From an uncultured Pseudomonadota bacterium (GTDB lineage: Bacteria > Pseudomonadota > Gammaproteobacteria > Methylococcales > Methylomonadaceae), in NCBI GenBank assembly GCA_903870545.1, contig CAIQDI010000004.1:27848-91847 (forward strand): a DNA stretch of 64,000 nucleotides, given 5' to 3'. The notes below the pieces were generated by a model. It searched no databases. It was not told the origin of the DNA and saw nothing but the letters and a program-made list of their open reading frames with translations. Position numbers and translations under genes: made by a program. Positions 42,042 through 51,762 of the stretch are shown one piece after another. How positions within the stretch are numbered: position 1 is the stretch's first letter; each line of letters opens with the position of its first letter.

Positions 42042-43148
42042 ATGACTACGAATATTTATTCTCTCGCCGTCGAAGGCGTACAAAAATTGATTCCTTACAA
42101 AGCAGGTAAACCGATTGAAGAATTGGAGCGTGAATTGGGAATTTCCAACATTATCAAACTCGCGTCAAACGAAAACCCGTTAGGAATTGGCGAAAAAGCG
42201 CGTGCCGCCATTCAAAATGCCATCGCTGATTTAGCGTTATATCCGGACGGAAGTGGATTTGATTTAAAAAATGCGTTGGCGAAAAAATACGCGCTGACTT
42301 CGGAACAAATTACGCTTGGTAACGGTTCCAATGAGATTTTAGAATTGGTCGCACGAGCTTTTGTCACGCCTGAAAATGAAGTAATTTTTTCGCAACACGC
42401 TTTCGCCGTTTATCCGATTGTAACGCAAGCGGTTGGTGCAAAAGCCGTCGTCACGCCCGCGATCAATTACGGACATGATTTAAACGCGATGTTGGCAAGT
42501 GTCACAGCGAAAACGCGCGTCGTTTTTATCGCGAATCCAAATAATCCGACTGGCACGTTGCTAAAACAAGAAGCGGTCGAACACTTTATTAGCATGTTGC
42601 CGAATCACGTTATTTGCGTGCTGGACGAAGCGTATTTTGAATTTGTCAGCCAAACCGAATCCGTCGATTCCGTTTCATGGTTGCAACAATTTCCGAACTT
42701 AATTATCACGCGCACTTTTTCCAAAGCCTACGGTTTAGCAGGTTTGCGCGTCGGTTACAGTTTGTCGAGCGGTGAAATCGCGGATTTGTTAAACCGTGTT
42801 CGCCAACCGTTTAACAATAATTCACTCGCGTTAGTCGCGGCGAAAGCGGCGTTGAATGATGCGGAACACGTTCGCGCCACGGTCGAAAACAACGCGCTGG
42901 GCATGACGCAACTCACCGACGATTTCAAAGAATTGGGGCTAACGTGGATTCCGTCGGCGGGCAATTTTGTTTCGGTGGATTTGCGGCAAGAAGGTTTGCC
43001 GATTTACGAAAAATTGTTACGAAAAGGCGTGATTGTACGTCCCGTTGGTGTCTATGAAATGCCGAATTTTCTACGCATCAGCGTTGGCACACAGACTGAA
43101 AATGCAAAATTTCTCATTGCTTTGAAAGAAGTGTTGGCGGATGTTTAA
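42042..43148 (+). CDS. hisC: Histidinol-phosphate aminotransferase HisC
   Basis: The product contains KLASNENPLG, NPNNPTG and TFSKAYGLAGLRVGY (PLP Lys). The track start at 42033 is a TTG, and the first ATG is at 42042. Confidence 0.9.
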   Translation: MTTNIYSLAVEGVQKLIPYKAGKPIEELERELGISNIIKLASNENPLGIGEKARAAIQNAIADLALYPDGSGFDLKNALAKKYALTSEQITLGNGSNEILELVARAFVTPENEVIFSQHAFAVYPIVTQAVGAKAVVTPAINYGHDLNAMLASVTAKTRVVFIANPNNPTGTLLKQEAVEHFISMLPNHVICVLDEAYFEFVSQTESVDSVSWLQQFPNLIITRTFSKAYGLAGLRVGYSLSSGEIADLLNRVRQPFNNNSLALVAAKAALNDAEHVRATVENNALGMTQLTDDFKELGLTWIPSAGNFVSVDLRQEGLPIYEKLLRKGVIVRPVGVYEMPNFLRISVGTQTENAKFLIALKEVLADV

Positions 43149-44010
43149 ACGATTATGTGTGATTGGCGTGGGTTTAATTGGCGGTTCAATTGCTAAAGCC
43201 GCTCGCGCCTATGATTTAGCACAAACGATTGTCGGTTTTGGGCGTTTGGATGATGTTGAAAATTTGCAAATTGCCCAAAATTTAAACGTGATTGACGAGT
43301 TTTACGTTGATATTGAAACGGCGGTTTTGAATGCGGATTGCGTGATTATTGCTACGCCCGTTGCCGCGACTGAAAATGTGTTCAAACTGCTCAAGCCGTT
43401 TTGGTCAACACAAACGGTTTATTTCGATGTCGGCAGCACGAAAGGCAATGTGATTGCAGCGGCGCAAACTGTTTTTGGTTTTGTCCCAGACAATTTTATT
43501 CCGGCTCATCCGATTGCCGGCGCGGAAAATAGTGGCGTGGGCGCGGCGTTGGTGGATTTATTTTTGAATAAACGGCTAATTATCACGCCGGTTGAAAATA
43601 CCAATGTGGAAGTTTTGCAAAAAACGCAGCATTTTTGGGAAAAAATAGGCGCGGTGGTGTCGATAATGGCGGTGCAGCAACATGATAACGTGCTTGCCGC
43701 GACCAGTCATTTGCCGCATTTATTGGCGTTTGCGTTGGTCGATATGCTGGGGCAACGTGACGAACAAGAAGCGATTTTCAACTATGCGGCGGGAGGATTT
43801 CGAGATTTTACCCGAATTGCCTCCAGTGATCCAACCATGTGGGCGGCGATTTGTGCCGCCAATAAAACGGAACTTTTGCCGTTGTTGGAGCAATTTAAAA
43901 CGGAACTCACCAAAATTCAGCACCTAATTGAAACTGACCAGAACGAAAAAATTTTTGAATTGTTTGTTTATGCGAATACGGCGCGAGAACGTTTTATAAA
44001 AAGTAGTTAA
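43141..44010 (+). CDS. tyrA: Prephenate dehydrogenase TyrA
   Basis: 289-aa ORF with the Rossmann motif CVIGVGLIGGSIA, plus DVGSTK, AHPIAG and SHLPH. It overlaps the hisC end by 8 nt. Confidence 0.88.
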   Translation: MFKRLCVIGVGLIGGSIAKAARAYDLAQTIVGFGRLDDVENLQIAQNLNVIDEFYVDIETAVLNADCVIIATPVAATENVFKLLKPFWSTQTVYFDVGSTKGNVIAAAQTVFGFVPDNFIPAHPIAGAENSGVGAALVDLFLNKRLIITPVENTNVEVLQKTQHFWEKIGAVVSIMAVQQHDNVLAATSHLPHLLAFALVDMLGQRDEQEAIFNYAAGGFRDFTRIASSDPTMWAAICAANKTELLPLLEQFKTELTKIQHLIETDQNEKIFELFVYANTARERFIKSS

Positions 44011-44124
44011 ACCAGATTTCAATTACACCGAAATCGACATTAAACGTAAAAAAAATAGCGCAGAATTTTGAATTTAATGGTTAAATTAGCCGGTTAAATT
44101 AACGGATTTGAATTTTGTTAAAAG

Positions 44125-45318
44125 TTGAAATTTAAGCCGCAATTACAAGTAAAAACAATTATAAATAGTGAGGACGTTTTGAGTATAGAACAATATAACG
44201 CAGTTGACAGAGAGCAACTCGCTAAAGACGTTGATGCCATTCAACGCGACATTTTAAGTAAAACGACTATCGACGATTTTCATCATTTGAAAAAAATTGA
44301 ACGTTGGGGACGGATTTGCACCGGTTTAGGTTATGCCACAGCGTGGATGATTCCGAATCCGATTTCGGCGTATTTGATTAGTCAGGGAAATTTCACTCGT
44401 TGGACGACCGTCGCGCATCATATTTTGCATCGTGGTTATGACAAAATTGAAGGCATTCCAAAACATTACACCAGCAAAGGTTTTGCGAAAGGCTGGCGAC
44501 GTTATCTTGATTGGTTGGATTGGATGTATCCAGCGGCGTGGGATGCGGAACACAACGACATTCATCATTATCATTTGGGTGAAGAAGTCGATCCGGATCA
44601 AGTCGAATTTAATATGGAAGGATTGCGCGATTCTAACATTCCACGCTGGGGACGTTATGCGTTGTTGGCAATCATGGCGGCAAGTTGGAAAATTATTTAT
44701 TATGCGTCTTCAACCTTGACCGAATATCGGGCGATTGAAGCAAAAAAAGCCGGCGGAACGCGCGGACAAATTTCACGTTTAGATATGTGGAATCCGTTAA
44801 AACCAGCCGGCAAAGATTTGTGGCTGAGTTGTATGTTGCCTTACAGCATCGTGCAATTTGTGGTGATTCCGTTGTTGTTTTTGCCGATTGGTGTGATTGC
44901 CGCAACGAACGTTTTTATTAACGTGTTAATCGCGGAAGTATTCACCAATTTGCATTCGTTTTTGGTCATTGGCCCGAATCATACTGGCGACGATGTGATG
45001 ATGTTTGAAAACAAAGCGAAAGGCAAAGGCGAGTTTTATTTGCGCCAAATTGTCGGCTCGGTAAATTATCGGACTGGTACAAATACCGTCGATTTTTTAC
45101 ACGGTTGGTTGAATTATCAAATCGAGCATCATTTGTGGCCAGAAATGACCGCGAGCCAATATCAAAAAGCGCAACCGCTGGTGAAAGCGTTGTGCGAAAA
45201 ACACAACATTCCGTATATTCAAGAATCTGTTTTTAAACGATTGGTGAAAACGCTTGATGTGATGGTGGGAAAAACATCGATGTTGCGCCCTCATTTGGTC
45301 GAACCTATTTCTGCTTAA
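44125..45318 (+). CDS. Membrane fatty-acid desaturase family protein
   Basis: Three His boxes are present: HHILHRGY, HNDIHHYH and QIEHHLWP. The start is uncertain. A TTG at 44179 preceded by GAGGA is an alternative. Confidence 0.85.
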   Translation: MKFKPQLQVKTIINSEDVLSIEQYNAVDREQLAKDVDAIQRDILSKTTIDDFHHLKKIERWGRICTGLGYATAWMIPNPISAYLISQGNFTRWTTVAHHILHRGYDKIEGIPKHYTSKGFAKGWRRYLDWLDWMYPAAWDAEHNDIHHYHLGEEVDPDQVEFNMEGLRDSNIPRWGRYALLAIMAASWKIIYYASSTLTEYRAIEAKKAGGTRGQISRLDMWNPLKPAGKDLWLSCMLPYSIVQFVVIPLLFLPIGVIAATNVFINVLIAEVFTNLHSFLVIGPNHTGDDVMMFENKAKGKGEFYLRQIVGSVNYRTGTNTVDFLHGWLNYQIEHHLWPEMTASQYQKAQPLVKALCEKHNIPYIQESVFKRLVKTLDVMVGKTSMLRPHLVEPISA

Positions 45319-45341
45319 AACACGCTTTTTTGCAGCGCGAC

Positions 45342-45377
45342 AAAAAGGCGGTGTGATATTCTCACACCGCCTTTTTT
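45342..45377. terminator. Bidirectional rho-independent terminator
   Basis: AAAAAGGCGGTGTGA-tattc-TCACACCGCCTTTTTT forms a perfect 10-bp stem between convergent genes. Confidence 0.7.
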
Positions 45378-45405
45378 GTTCGTCACGCTTTGAAAGTCGC
45401 GGCGT

Positions 45406-45696
45406 TTAGTCTTTTGTCCAATCTTGCAAAATGGTAATCATACTTTTCGCTTGATCAACGCTCGAAATGTTGAATTTCGATTTTTGCTGATAATTGCCAT
45501 CGCGTTTTTGATAACGGCGAATGGTAAATTTATCCGCGCTGTATTCGCCTTTTGCCGCGCTCCATTCTTGATAACGATACATAATCGTTGCCCACGCGCC
45601 TTTCGTCAGCACTTTTTTATCAAGTTCTTTAACGGTTTCGATGCCATCTTCTTCGTATTTGATGGTTAAATCATCTACGGTTGAGGTTTCTGCCAT
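45406..45696 (-). CDS. Hypothetical protein (96 aa) downstream of purA
   Basis: Open frame 13 nt after the purA stop on the same strand, followed by the terminator at 45342-45377. I recognise no motif. Confidence 0.5.
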   Translation of the reverse strand: MAETSTVDDLTIKYEEDGIETVKELDKKVLTKGAWATIMYRYQEWSAAKGEYSADKFTIRRYQKRDGNYQQKSKFNISSVDQAKSMITILQDWTKD

Positions 45697-45709
45697 GATT
45701 TTTCTCCAG

Positions 45710-47017
<1,308 letters not shown>

Positions 47018-47051
47018 TTAGATTTAAAATTTGTATGTTTTGATTTTGTTT

Positions 47052-47381
47052 TTAATAGACTAATTGCTCAAGTGAAATACCTAAAGCCTCTGTCGCTTTT
47101 TGACGCATTTTTTTTGATGGACGTTTCATGGTTTCTAGTTTCGTATATTCCACTAACGTAATCCCCATTTGTTGTGCAATTTCAGTTTGAGTATGTCTTA
47201 GATATTCGCGCCACGCTTGCAACATCGTTGAACCACCAACCACTAAACTCACAACTTCATGCGGCACATACCCTTCTTTTATCGTCGGACGGGGTTGAAA
47301 AAAATCATCGTAAGGAATCACGACAAAAGTTGGTTTGCCATTGTTGCCTAAAATAGTTTGATAATTAGTAAGTGTGTTCAT
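47052..47381 (-). CDS. higA: HigA-like antitoxin (HTH-XRE C-terminal domain)
   Basis: About 109 aa, with the HTH segment HTQTEIAQQMGITLVEYTKLE. It overlaps the upstream RelE-fold toxin gene. The toxin-first order is the HigBA arrangement. Confidence 0.7.
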   Translation of the reverse strand: MNTLTNYQTILGNNGKPTFVVIPYDDFFQPRPTIKEGYVPHEVVSLVVGGSTMLQAWREYLRHTQTEIAQQMGITLVEYTKLETMKRPSKKMRQKATEALGISLEQLVY

Positions 47382-47622
47382 CACGTTTTTTCACCTCTTC
47401 AATTTTAATAATTCTGATTTCACCATCGAATTCAAAAAATACACGATAATTACCAACACGCAAACGGTAGCTATATTTGTGGTCGGTCAATTTTTTAACG
47501 CTAAGACAATCAGGAAATACAGGCAATTTGTTTTCGACATTATCACGAATTGTTATTTGTGCTGATTTGTCTAGCTTCATCAATTGTCGAGTAGCTCTTA
47601 ATTTCCAAATAATTCGATTCAT
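47365..47622 (-). CDS. higB: RelE/ParE-superfamily toxin (HigB-like position)
   Basis: 85-aa ORF with YRLRVGNYRVFFEFDGEIRIIKIEEVKKRDE, the typical RelE/ParE C-terminal sheet. Its start overlaps the stop of the upstream 222-aa gene by 1 nt. Confidence 0.8.
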   Translation of the reverse strand: MNRIIWKLRATRQLMKLDKSAQITIRDNVENKLPVFPDCLSVKKLTDHKYSYRLRVGNYRVFFEFDGEIRIIKIEEVKKRDEHTY

Positions 47623-48290
47623 TATTTCTCAAAACCAACCAATTTCTCACTTGAGCTTTCCAGCAACGCCGTCGTTTCCACCGACAACCCAATCAACTGA
47701 AATTGCTCAAGGTGTCTTTGAATGAAATTCTGTCCGCTCGTCGTGATTAAATTGATGTCTTTGCTAATAAGTTGCATATCGTCATTCAATTGCACAATAA
47801 AGCGCGTTGCGTTATCAATAATTCCCGCTAATTTTTTATCAACTGCGTTAATCATGATATTTCGGCTCGCTTCACTCATATTCGGATTTCCTTCAATCCG
47901 TTCAAGTTGGTCTTGCGCTTGTTGCAACGCTCTATCTTGCAATTCGTTATACCGTTCCGTTTTTTCGTGAATCAAATCGTAGGCTTTTCGTTGCAATTCA
48001 ATTCGCATTGAACCAATTGCCTGAACCGCTTCAACGTTAATTCGGGTTAATTCGATTTGATACGCCATCATCGAATCAGAAACGGCTTTCATTCGTTCAA
48101 ATTCTTTATCTTTTTTGAGCTGCTCAATTTCTGTGATGATTCGGACAATTTCAGTTTCACGGGTCATGTGCCTTTCAAGTTCTCGGTCTTTAGCGGCTTC
48201 TTGACGCTTATGCTCCGAACGTTTAGACCCATTACTTAATAATCCACCACCCGCCGATAAAATACTGCCTAGTCCACCAAAAAATCCCAT
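47622..48290 (-). CDS. Hypothetical protein C (222 aa): Gly-zipper-like N-terminus + long coiled coil
   Basis: A long ORF in AT-rich DNA. The N-terminus is MGFFGGLGSILSAGGGLL, followed by a charged heptad-rich region. It starts 3 nt after gene B. Confidence 0.6.
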   Translation of the reverse strand: MGFFGGLGSILSAGGGLLSNGSKRSEHKRQEAAKDRELERHMTRETEIVRIITEIEQLKKDKEFERMKAVSDSMMAYQIELTRINVEAVQAIGSMRIELQRKAYDLIHEKTERYNELQDRALQQAQDQLERIEGNPNMSEASRNIMINAVDKKLAGIIDNATRFIVQLNDDMQLISKDINLITTSGQNFIQRHLEQFQLIGLSVETTALLESSSEKLVGFEK

Positions 48291-48293
48291 GAT

Positions 48294-48773
48294 TTATATT
48301 TCCATCTCGCTTAATTTTTTAATTTCTCGGTCGAATATCACGCGATTCTTGTCTAACGTAATTTCTAACGTATTTCGCATCAACTCGGATTTTTCGCCCG
48401 CTTTAATAAAATGATTCAAAGCCGTTTCCATGTCTTTAACTAACGAAATCCCCAAATTTAATTGTCCCGCATGGTCTGTTTTTATAATCGACCATTTGCC
48501 CAACAATTTAAGAAAAACCGTCGCAAAAATCGCTTCGGTTTCTTTTTGTTTATCAGTGAAAAACGTTGCTTCGTGACTAAACAATTGCCAATGACTGCTC
48601 AACCACGTCATAAAGTATTTTTCACGCGCCAAATTCAACAACGCAGGACTGTCTTCATATTTAAAAGACGGCGCGTAAATCTCAGGTTTATGGTCTAAAA
48701 AATCTTGCACCATTTCAGCCCTGCCTTGTTTTAACACTTGCAACGCGGCAAATGTTTCTTTTTTATTCAGCAT
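48294..48773 (-). CDS. Hypothetical protein B (159 aa)
   Basis: ATG at 48773 overlaps the end of gene A by 11 nt. I recognise no motif. Confidence 0.6.
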   Translation of the reverse strand: MLNKKETFAALQVLKQGRAEMVQDFLDHKPEIYAPSFKYEDSPALLNLAREKYFMTWLSSHWQLFSHEATFFTDKQKETEAIFATVFLKLLGKWSIIKTDHAGQLNLGISLVKDMETALNHFIKAGEKSELMRNTLEITLDKNRVIFDREIKKLSEMEI

Positions 48774-49332
48774 CAACTACTTTTGAAGAATTTGCACCGA
48801 TGTCATCCAGTTTCGCTTTTGAAACTTCTTGTTTGGCTTCTTCTTTGAAAATCCCCAACACTTGAACAACGTGTGTTTTCGCCAAATCACTACTCAAATC
48901 GATGCTTTTTGTGTAGCTTGCAACCAATTCTTCAATCCATTGAGAAGCCACTTTTTTATCAATTTCTTGAGCTTGCAACGTTTGCACAACTTCGCGCAAA
49001 GTTTGGGTGAAAAATTGCGAACGTTCACGGCGCAAATCTTCCTGCAAAGAAGATGCGAATTTGATTTCTTCTTTGTAGTCCTTAATCAATTCGAGATAGT
49101 GTTTTTCATATTGATAAAGTAAATCAAGTTTCGATTTTGTTTCAGATAATTGGTCTGGTATTACATTTATTTTTTGTAATCGTGAAACATAACCTAACAA
49201 ACTGGTTTGTGATTCATCAGTCAACGAACTATCCATATTCGCTACTGTCATCGTTTTTCTGACCTCGGTGAGCAATTCTTCTGGTGATATACCTAAAATC
49301 GTTGCAAATTCTTTTACTGTTCTAACTGCCAT
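48763..49332 (-). CDS. Hypothetical protein A (189 aa): short N-terminal helix-turn-helix/IF2_N-like motif + coiled coil
   Basis: The product begins MAVRTVKEFATILGISPEELLTEV, and the rest is a charged helical region. Its RBS and start are part of a 34-bp repeat shared with the antitoxin gene at 49837. Confidence 0.6.
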   Translation of the reverse strand: MAVRTVKEFATILGISPEELLTEVRKTMTVANMDSSLTDESQTSLLGYVSRLQKINVIPDQLSETKSKLDLLYQYEKHYLELIKDYKEEIKFASSLQEDLRRERSQFFTQTLREVVQTLQAQEIDKKVASQWIEELVASYTKSIDLSSDLAKTHVVQVLGIFKEEAKQEVSKAKLDDIGANSSKVVDAE

Positions 49333-49363
49333 TTTATTTTCCTTTTGTTTTTAAATTGATTTG
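49330..49363. repeat. 34-bp direct repeat, copy 1 (CATTTTATTTTCCTTTTGTTTTTAAATTGATTTG)
   Basis: Identical to 49835-49868. It covers the start codon and RBS of gene A and the last codons of the RelE gene. Confidence 0.9.
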
Positions 49364-49623
49364 TAAATCTTTGAACGATGCCCAATTTCAACCACCAAAA
49401 TCGTTATTTCGTTGTCGATGATTTTGCAAATCAGACGATAATCACCGACTTTGTAACGCCAATAAGTATTTAACTCACCTTGCAAAACGTCACCTTTTTC
49501 GCGTGGATTTTCTAACTTCGGCAACGTTTCATTTATAAACTTTAAAATTCTGTTGCGAACTGTTTTATCAAGTTTTGCTAAAGTTTTGATTGCGTCTTTG
49601 GTGTAATCAACCGACCAATTCAT
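49351..49623 (-). CDS. RelE/ParE-family toxin
   Basis: About 90 aa: MNWSVDYTKDAIKTLAKLDKTVRNRILKFI ... WRYKVGDYRLICKIIDNEITILVVEIGHRSKIY. It overlaps the antitoxin gene. Confidence 0.85.
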   Translation of the reverse strand: MNWSVDYTKDAIKTLAKLDKTVRNRILKFINETLPKLENPREKGDVLQGELNTYWRYKVGDYRLICKIIDNEITILVVEIGHRSKIYKSI

Positions 49624-49837
49624 CAAGCATCCTCATTGCTTCAGCTTGTGATAACGTTTTTTCTTCGCCACTCAACAATTTTGCCATTGCCGCATCAGCC
49701 GCCTTGATGTCTTCGCGGTCTTCCAATTCTTTGATAAAACTTTGCATTGCCTGTTCTAAAACACTTTCTGGCGCGATGTGTTCAAGTTGAGCAATGTGCA
49801 TCACTTGTTGTTCAACGTGTAATGGTAAAGTCATCAT
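49607..49837 (-). CDS. Antitoxin of the RelE/ParE module (RelB/StbD/ParD-like)
   Basis: 76-aa acidic helical protein directly upstream of the toxin gene and overlapping it. Confidence 0.65.
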   Translation of the reverse strand: MMTLPLHVEQQVMHIAQLEHIAPESVLEQAMQSFIKELEDREDIKAADAAMAKLLSGEEKTLSQAEAMRMLDELVG

Positions 49838-49868
49838 TTTATTTTCCTTTTGTTTTTAAATTGATTTG
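49835..49868. repeat. 34-bp direct repeat, copy 2
   Basis: Identical to 49330-49363. It covers the start codon and RBS of the antitoxin gene and the intergenic DNA after the DUF2442 gene. Confidence 0.9.
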
Positions 49869-49872
49869 ATAT

Positions 49873-50151
49873 TTACGCACATAATTTTAAATCGTGAAAA
49901 TGCTCTAATTCGTTGTGATACAAGTCCGCAATTGGAAAGCATAAATCATAATCACCCCAAATCAATTCACCGTATTCAAGACGAAATGTTGAAAATTTTT
50001 CTAAATTTAACCATTCACGAATATCAGGATGGCGTGAACGTGACAAAAACGGTTTGAAGTTAATCACTTGTTCGCTTTCGTCGTCAAATTGGAGAAAAAT
50101 TTGGTAATCGCCAATTTGTTTCGCCGTTGTGATGTTGATAACGTCAGGCAT
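49873..50151 (-). CDS. DUF2442 domain protein
   Basis: 92-aa ORF with ITTAKQIGDYQIFLQFDDESEQVINFKPFL, the DUF2442 pattern as I recall it. It is paired with a DUF4160 gene. Confidence 0.75.
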   Translation of the reverse strand: MPDVINITTAKQIGDYQIFLQFDDESEQVINFKPFLSRSRHPDIREWLNLEKFSTFRLEYGELIWGDYDLCFPIADLYHNELEHFHDLKLCA

Positions 50152-50456
50152 TATTTCAACCTCCGAGTGATATTTTCAGCAGTAACGTGTTTGTGCAATA
50201 CGAAAAAATCAATCCATTTTTGAACGATTTCATCTGTTTTAGCCGTCACAATTTCTTTGAAATAACGCATTTCATTCGGCTGTAACGGTTGTCGTCCTGT
50301 TACATCTACGAAGTTAATTTCAATCACGTTACCTTCAACAATAATAAATTCAGCTCGCGCTTCACGTCCTTGGCTTTTACCGTGAACATGAATCGGTTCA
50401 TGTTCGTTAGCGTAAAACATGACAATTAAGCCGAAATACTCATAAAGTTTTGGCAT
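50151..50456 (-). CDS. DUF4160 domain protein
   Basis: 101-aa ORF starting MPKLYEYFGLIVMFYANEHEPIHVHGK, the DUF4160 signature. It starts 5 nt after the hisZ stop. Confidence 0.75.
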   Translation of the reverse strand: MPKLYEYFGLIVMFYANEHEPIHVHGKSQGREARAEFIIVEGNVIEINFVDVTGRQPLQPNEMRYFKEIVTAKTDEIVQKWIDFFVLHKHVTAENITRRLK

Positions 50457-50461
50457 GATGT

Positions 50462-51691
50462 TTATTTCAAAATTGATTCAACAACCCAAACATCATTCAA
50501 ATTTTTCACCAAAACCGCTGTGCAATTTAACTCAATCGCGCCACCGATTTGATTCGGTAATTGTTGCACCACAGCACGATTTTGAGCGCGGCAATCACGA
50601 ATCGTTTCACACAAATTCACATCGTCAACATACGGCGCAAAAATCAATTCGCGTTCGGGTTGTTCAATGCCATTTTGTTTATTGAGAGCCGTTAAAACTT
50701 TCAAATCGGCACTGAAACCTGTTGCGGGACGTTCACGTCCGAAAATTGCACCGATATTGTCATAACGTCCGCCGCGTGCGATTTCTTTACCGATTGATGG
50801 CACAAATGCCGCAAACACAATCCCCGTGTGATAGTGATAACCGCGCAATTCGGCTAAATCAAAACTGATTGAAAGCGACGGAAAATAACGCGCCAACGCG
50901 GTTGAAATTGCATCTAAATCGTCTAACGCTTTTTGAGTATTTTCAGATTTAAATAATTCGCGGGCTTTTGCCAAAACGGTTTTATCGCCGTTCAATTCAG
51001 GCAGTTTTAACAACGCGATTTTTAAATCATTCGGCAAATTATAACTTTCGAGTAGCTCTTTTAATTCGGGACGCGCTTTGCGTTGCAAAACGTCGAATAA
51101 TTTACTTTCTTGAGCGCGTGTTAAAGCGGCTTCTTCTGCCAATGCGCGATAAATGCCAACGTGACCCAAATCTAAATGCACATTCAAAACGCCTGACATT
51201 GCCAACATTTCAAGCATCAAACGAATCACTTCTAAATCGCTTTCTTTGCCCGCGTGACCATAAAGTTCTGCGCCAATTTGCATTGGTGAACGTGACTTTT
51301 CCAGCGCATCGCCGCGCGTGTGCAAAATCGTTCCGACATAACACAAGCGCGTTGGATGGTCGTGTTTTAAATTATGAGCATCAATTCGCGCCACTTGCGG
51401 AGTCATATCGGCTCGCACACCGAGCATTTTGCCGCTGATTTGGTCGGTTAATTTAAAGGTTTGCGAATCTAAATTGTGTCCCGAACCGGTCAACAATGAA
51501 TCTAAAAAATCGATAAATGGCGGCACAACCAACTGATAACCCCAGTTCGCAAAGGTTTCGAGCAATTTTGCGCGAAGAATTTCCAAACGTTGTGCTTCGT
51601 CAGGAAGCATTTCATCTATGCCGTCAGGTAATAACCACGCATCCGAAATGACTTCATGATTATGCGGCAGGTTAAAAAATTTGTTTTGCAT
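50462..51691 (-). CDS. hisZ: ATP phosphoribosyltransferase regulatory subunit HisZ
   Basis: 409-aa HisRS-like paralogue without an anticodon domain, containing LPDGIDEMLPDEAQ, RADMTPQVAR and GGRYD. It sits downstream of hflKC. Confidence 0.9.
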   Translation of the reverse strand: MQNKFFNLPHNHEVISDAWLLPDGIDEMLPDEAQRLEILRAKLLETFANWGYQLVVPPFIDFLDSLLTGSGHNLDSQTFKLTDQISGKMLGVRADMTPQVARIDAHNLKHDHPTRLCYVGTILHTRGDALEKSRSPMQIGAELYGHAGKESDLEVIRLMLEMLAMSGVLNVHLDLGHVGIYRALAEEAALTRAQESKLFDVLQRKARPELKELLESYNLPNDLKIALLKLPELNGDKTVLAKARELFKSENTQKALDDLDAISTALARYFPSLSISFDLAELRGYHYHTGIVFAAFVPSIGKEIARGGRYDNIGAIFGRERPATGFSADLKVLTALNKQNGIEQPERELIFAPYVDDVNLCETIRDCRAQNRAVVQQLPNQIGGAIELNCTAVLVKNLNDVWVVESILK

Positions 51692-51710
51692 TCTTTTTTC
51701 CGTTCAAAGA

Positions 51711-51738
51711 AAACGCCCCAAACTCGGAGCGTTTTTTT
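51711..51738 (-). terminator. Weak terminator/attenuator hairpin between hflC and hisZ
   Basis: On the minus strand, ACGCUCC-gaguuu-GGGGCGU forms 7 bp including one G-U pair, followed by UUUCUUUG. Confidence 0.4.
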
Positions 51739-51762
51739 AAAAAAATATATGTGTTTTACCGC

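Noticed and set aside
44079-44101. Direct repeat GGTTAAATTA x2 upstream of the desaturase gene
   Set aside because: It is a short repeat in very AT-rich intergenic DNA, and I cannot assess supporting symmetry or conservation.
47041-47062. Possible third partial copy (TTAAAAACAAAA on the coding strand) of the 34-bp island repeat in the purA leader, which would suggest a target-site duplication
   Set aside because: Only 12 nt match, and the sequence is low-complexity and AT-rich. Chance similarity cannot be excluded.
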